DNA from: a virus
Direction: 5' to 3' (one strand)
DNA: 64,000 bases
IMG/VR virus record: IMGVR_UViG_3300045974_000100
Location: 1-64,000 of that record
Positions 63,634 through 64,000 of the stretch are shown here, one piece after another; position 1 is the first letter of the stretch; each line of letters begins with the position of its first letter. The notes under the pieces are model-generated. The model did not search any database. It saw only the letters and a list, made by a program, of their open reading frames with translations, and was not told the DNA's origin. A program made the position numbers and the translations under genes.

Positions 63634-64000
63634 GGTGGTGTGGTGCAGGGTGCTGCGTTGCGTTATGCACCCACAGGGTTGGCAGGACCGACAGGAGTTG
63701 CAGTTGAACAGGACCACACGTGAAACCCAAGGAGTTCAACCGGTCCTGCCAACCTTGTCGGCGCATAACAAAGGGAACGGCCCGCCCGCAATCTCGGTGC
63801 GAACGGACCGTTCCCGGTGTCTCCGGAGGGAGACGTTAAGCCACTGTCAGCCCGAGGTCTTCGAGCGGAATCAGTGCGTTACAGGCTGGGCAGCAAAGCC
63901 GCTCAGTGGTGGAGCCGTCGATAGCACCGACTCCGAAGCCAGGCAGGCCTGACGTGGTGATGGTGTTCTCGGTGCGGCCGACCAGGGGCACGACACGGTG

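Noticed and set aside
63598-63717. Cys-rich N-terminal extension of ORF 62545-63717
   Set aside because: A better start with AAGGAG SD exists at 63597; the extension overlaps parS and hairpins

Overview
The window is most or all of a high-GC tailed dsDNA phage genome with a long tape measure protein, consistent with a siphovirus. An actinobacterial host is inferred from WhiB, an Rpf domain, an EccA/SpoVK-type AAA and an actinobacterial-type parS site. Layout: (1) 1-17945, minus strand: small early genes, DUF932, excisionase-like HTH, two displaced tail-like genes, TerS-like HTH, WhiB, RuvC-like resolvase, Rpf, HNH, Cas4-like exonuclease, DnaE, SSB-like protein, primase and DnaB. (2) 17946-18440: divergent, structured control region. 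(3) 18441-61074, plus strand: lysis, terminase, portal, head and tail genes. (4) 61143-63597, minus strand: membrane and hypothetical genes downstream of a structured leader containing parS. No integrase, tRNA or CRISPR array was seen. The most unusual part is the ~17 kb head region (28660-45276). It holds several basic proteins built from Gly/Ala-zipper modules separated by a recurring [VI]-[AGS]-K motif that also punctuates the scaffold and prohead protease. It also has an apparently split XkdF/HK97-type protease, a Tad2-like anti-defence gene, and an AAA+ ATPase that appears fused to a 1167-aa head protein by an SD-stimulated -1 frameshift. All family calls are by-eye motif recognition; no database search was run.
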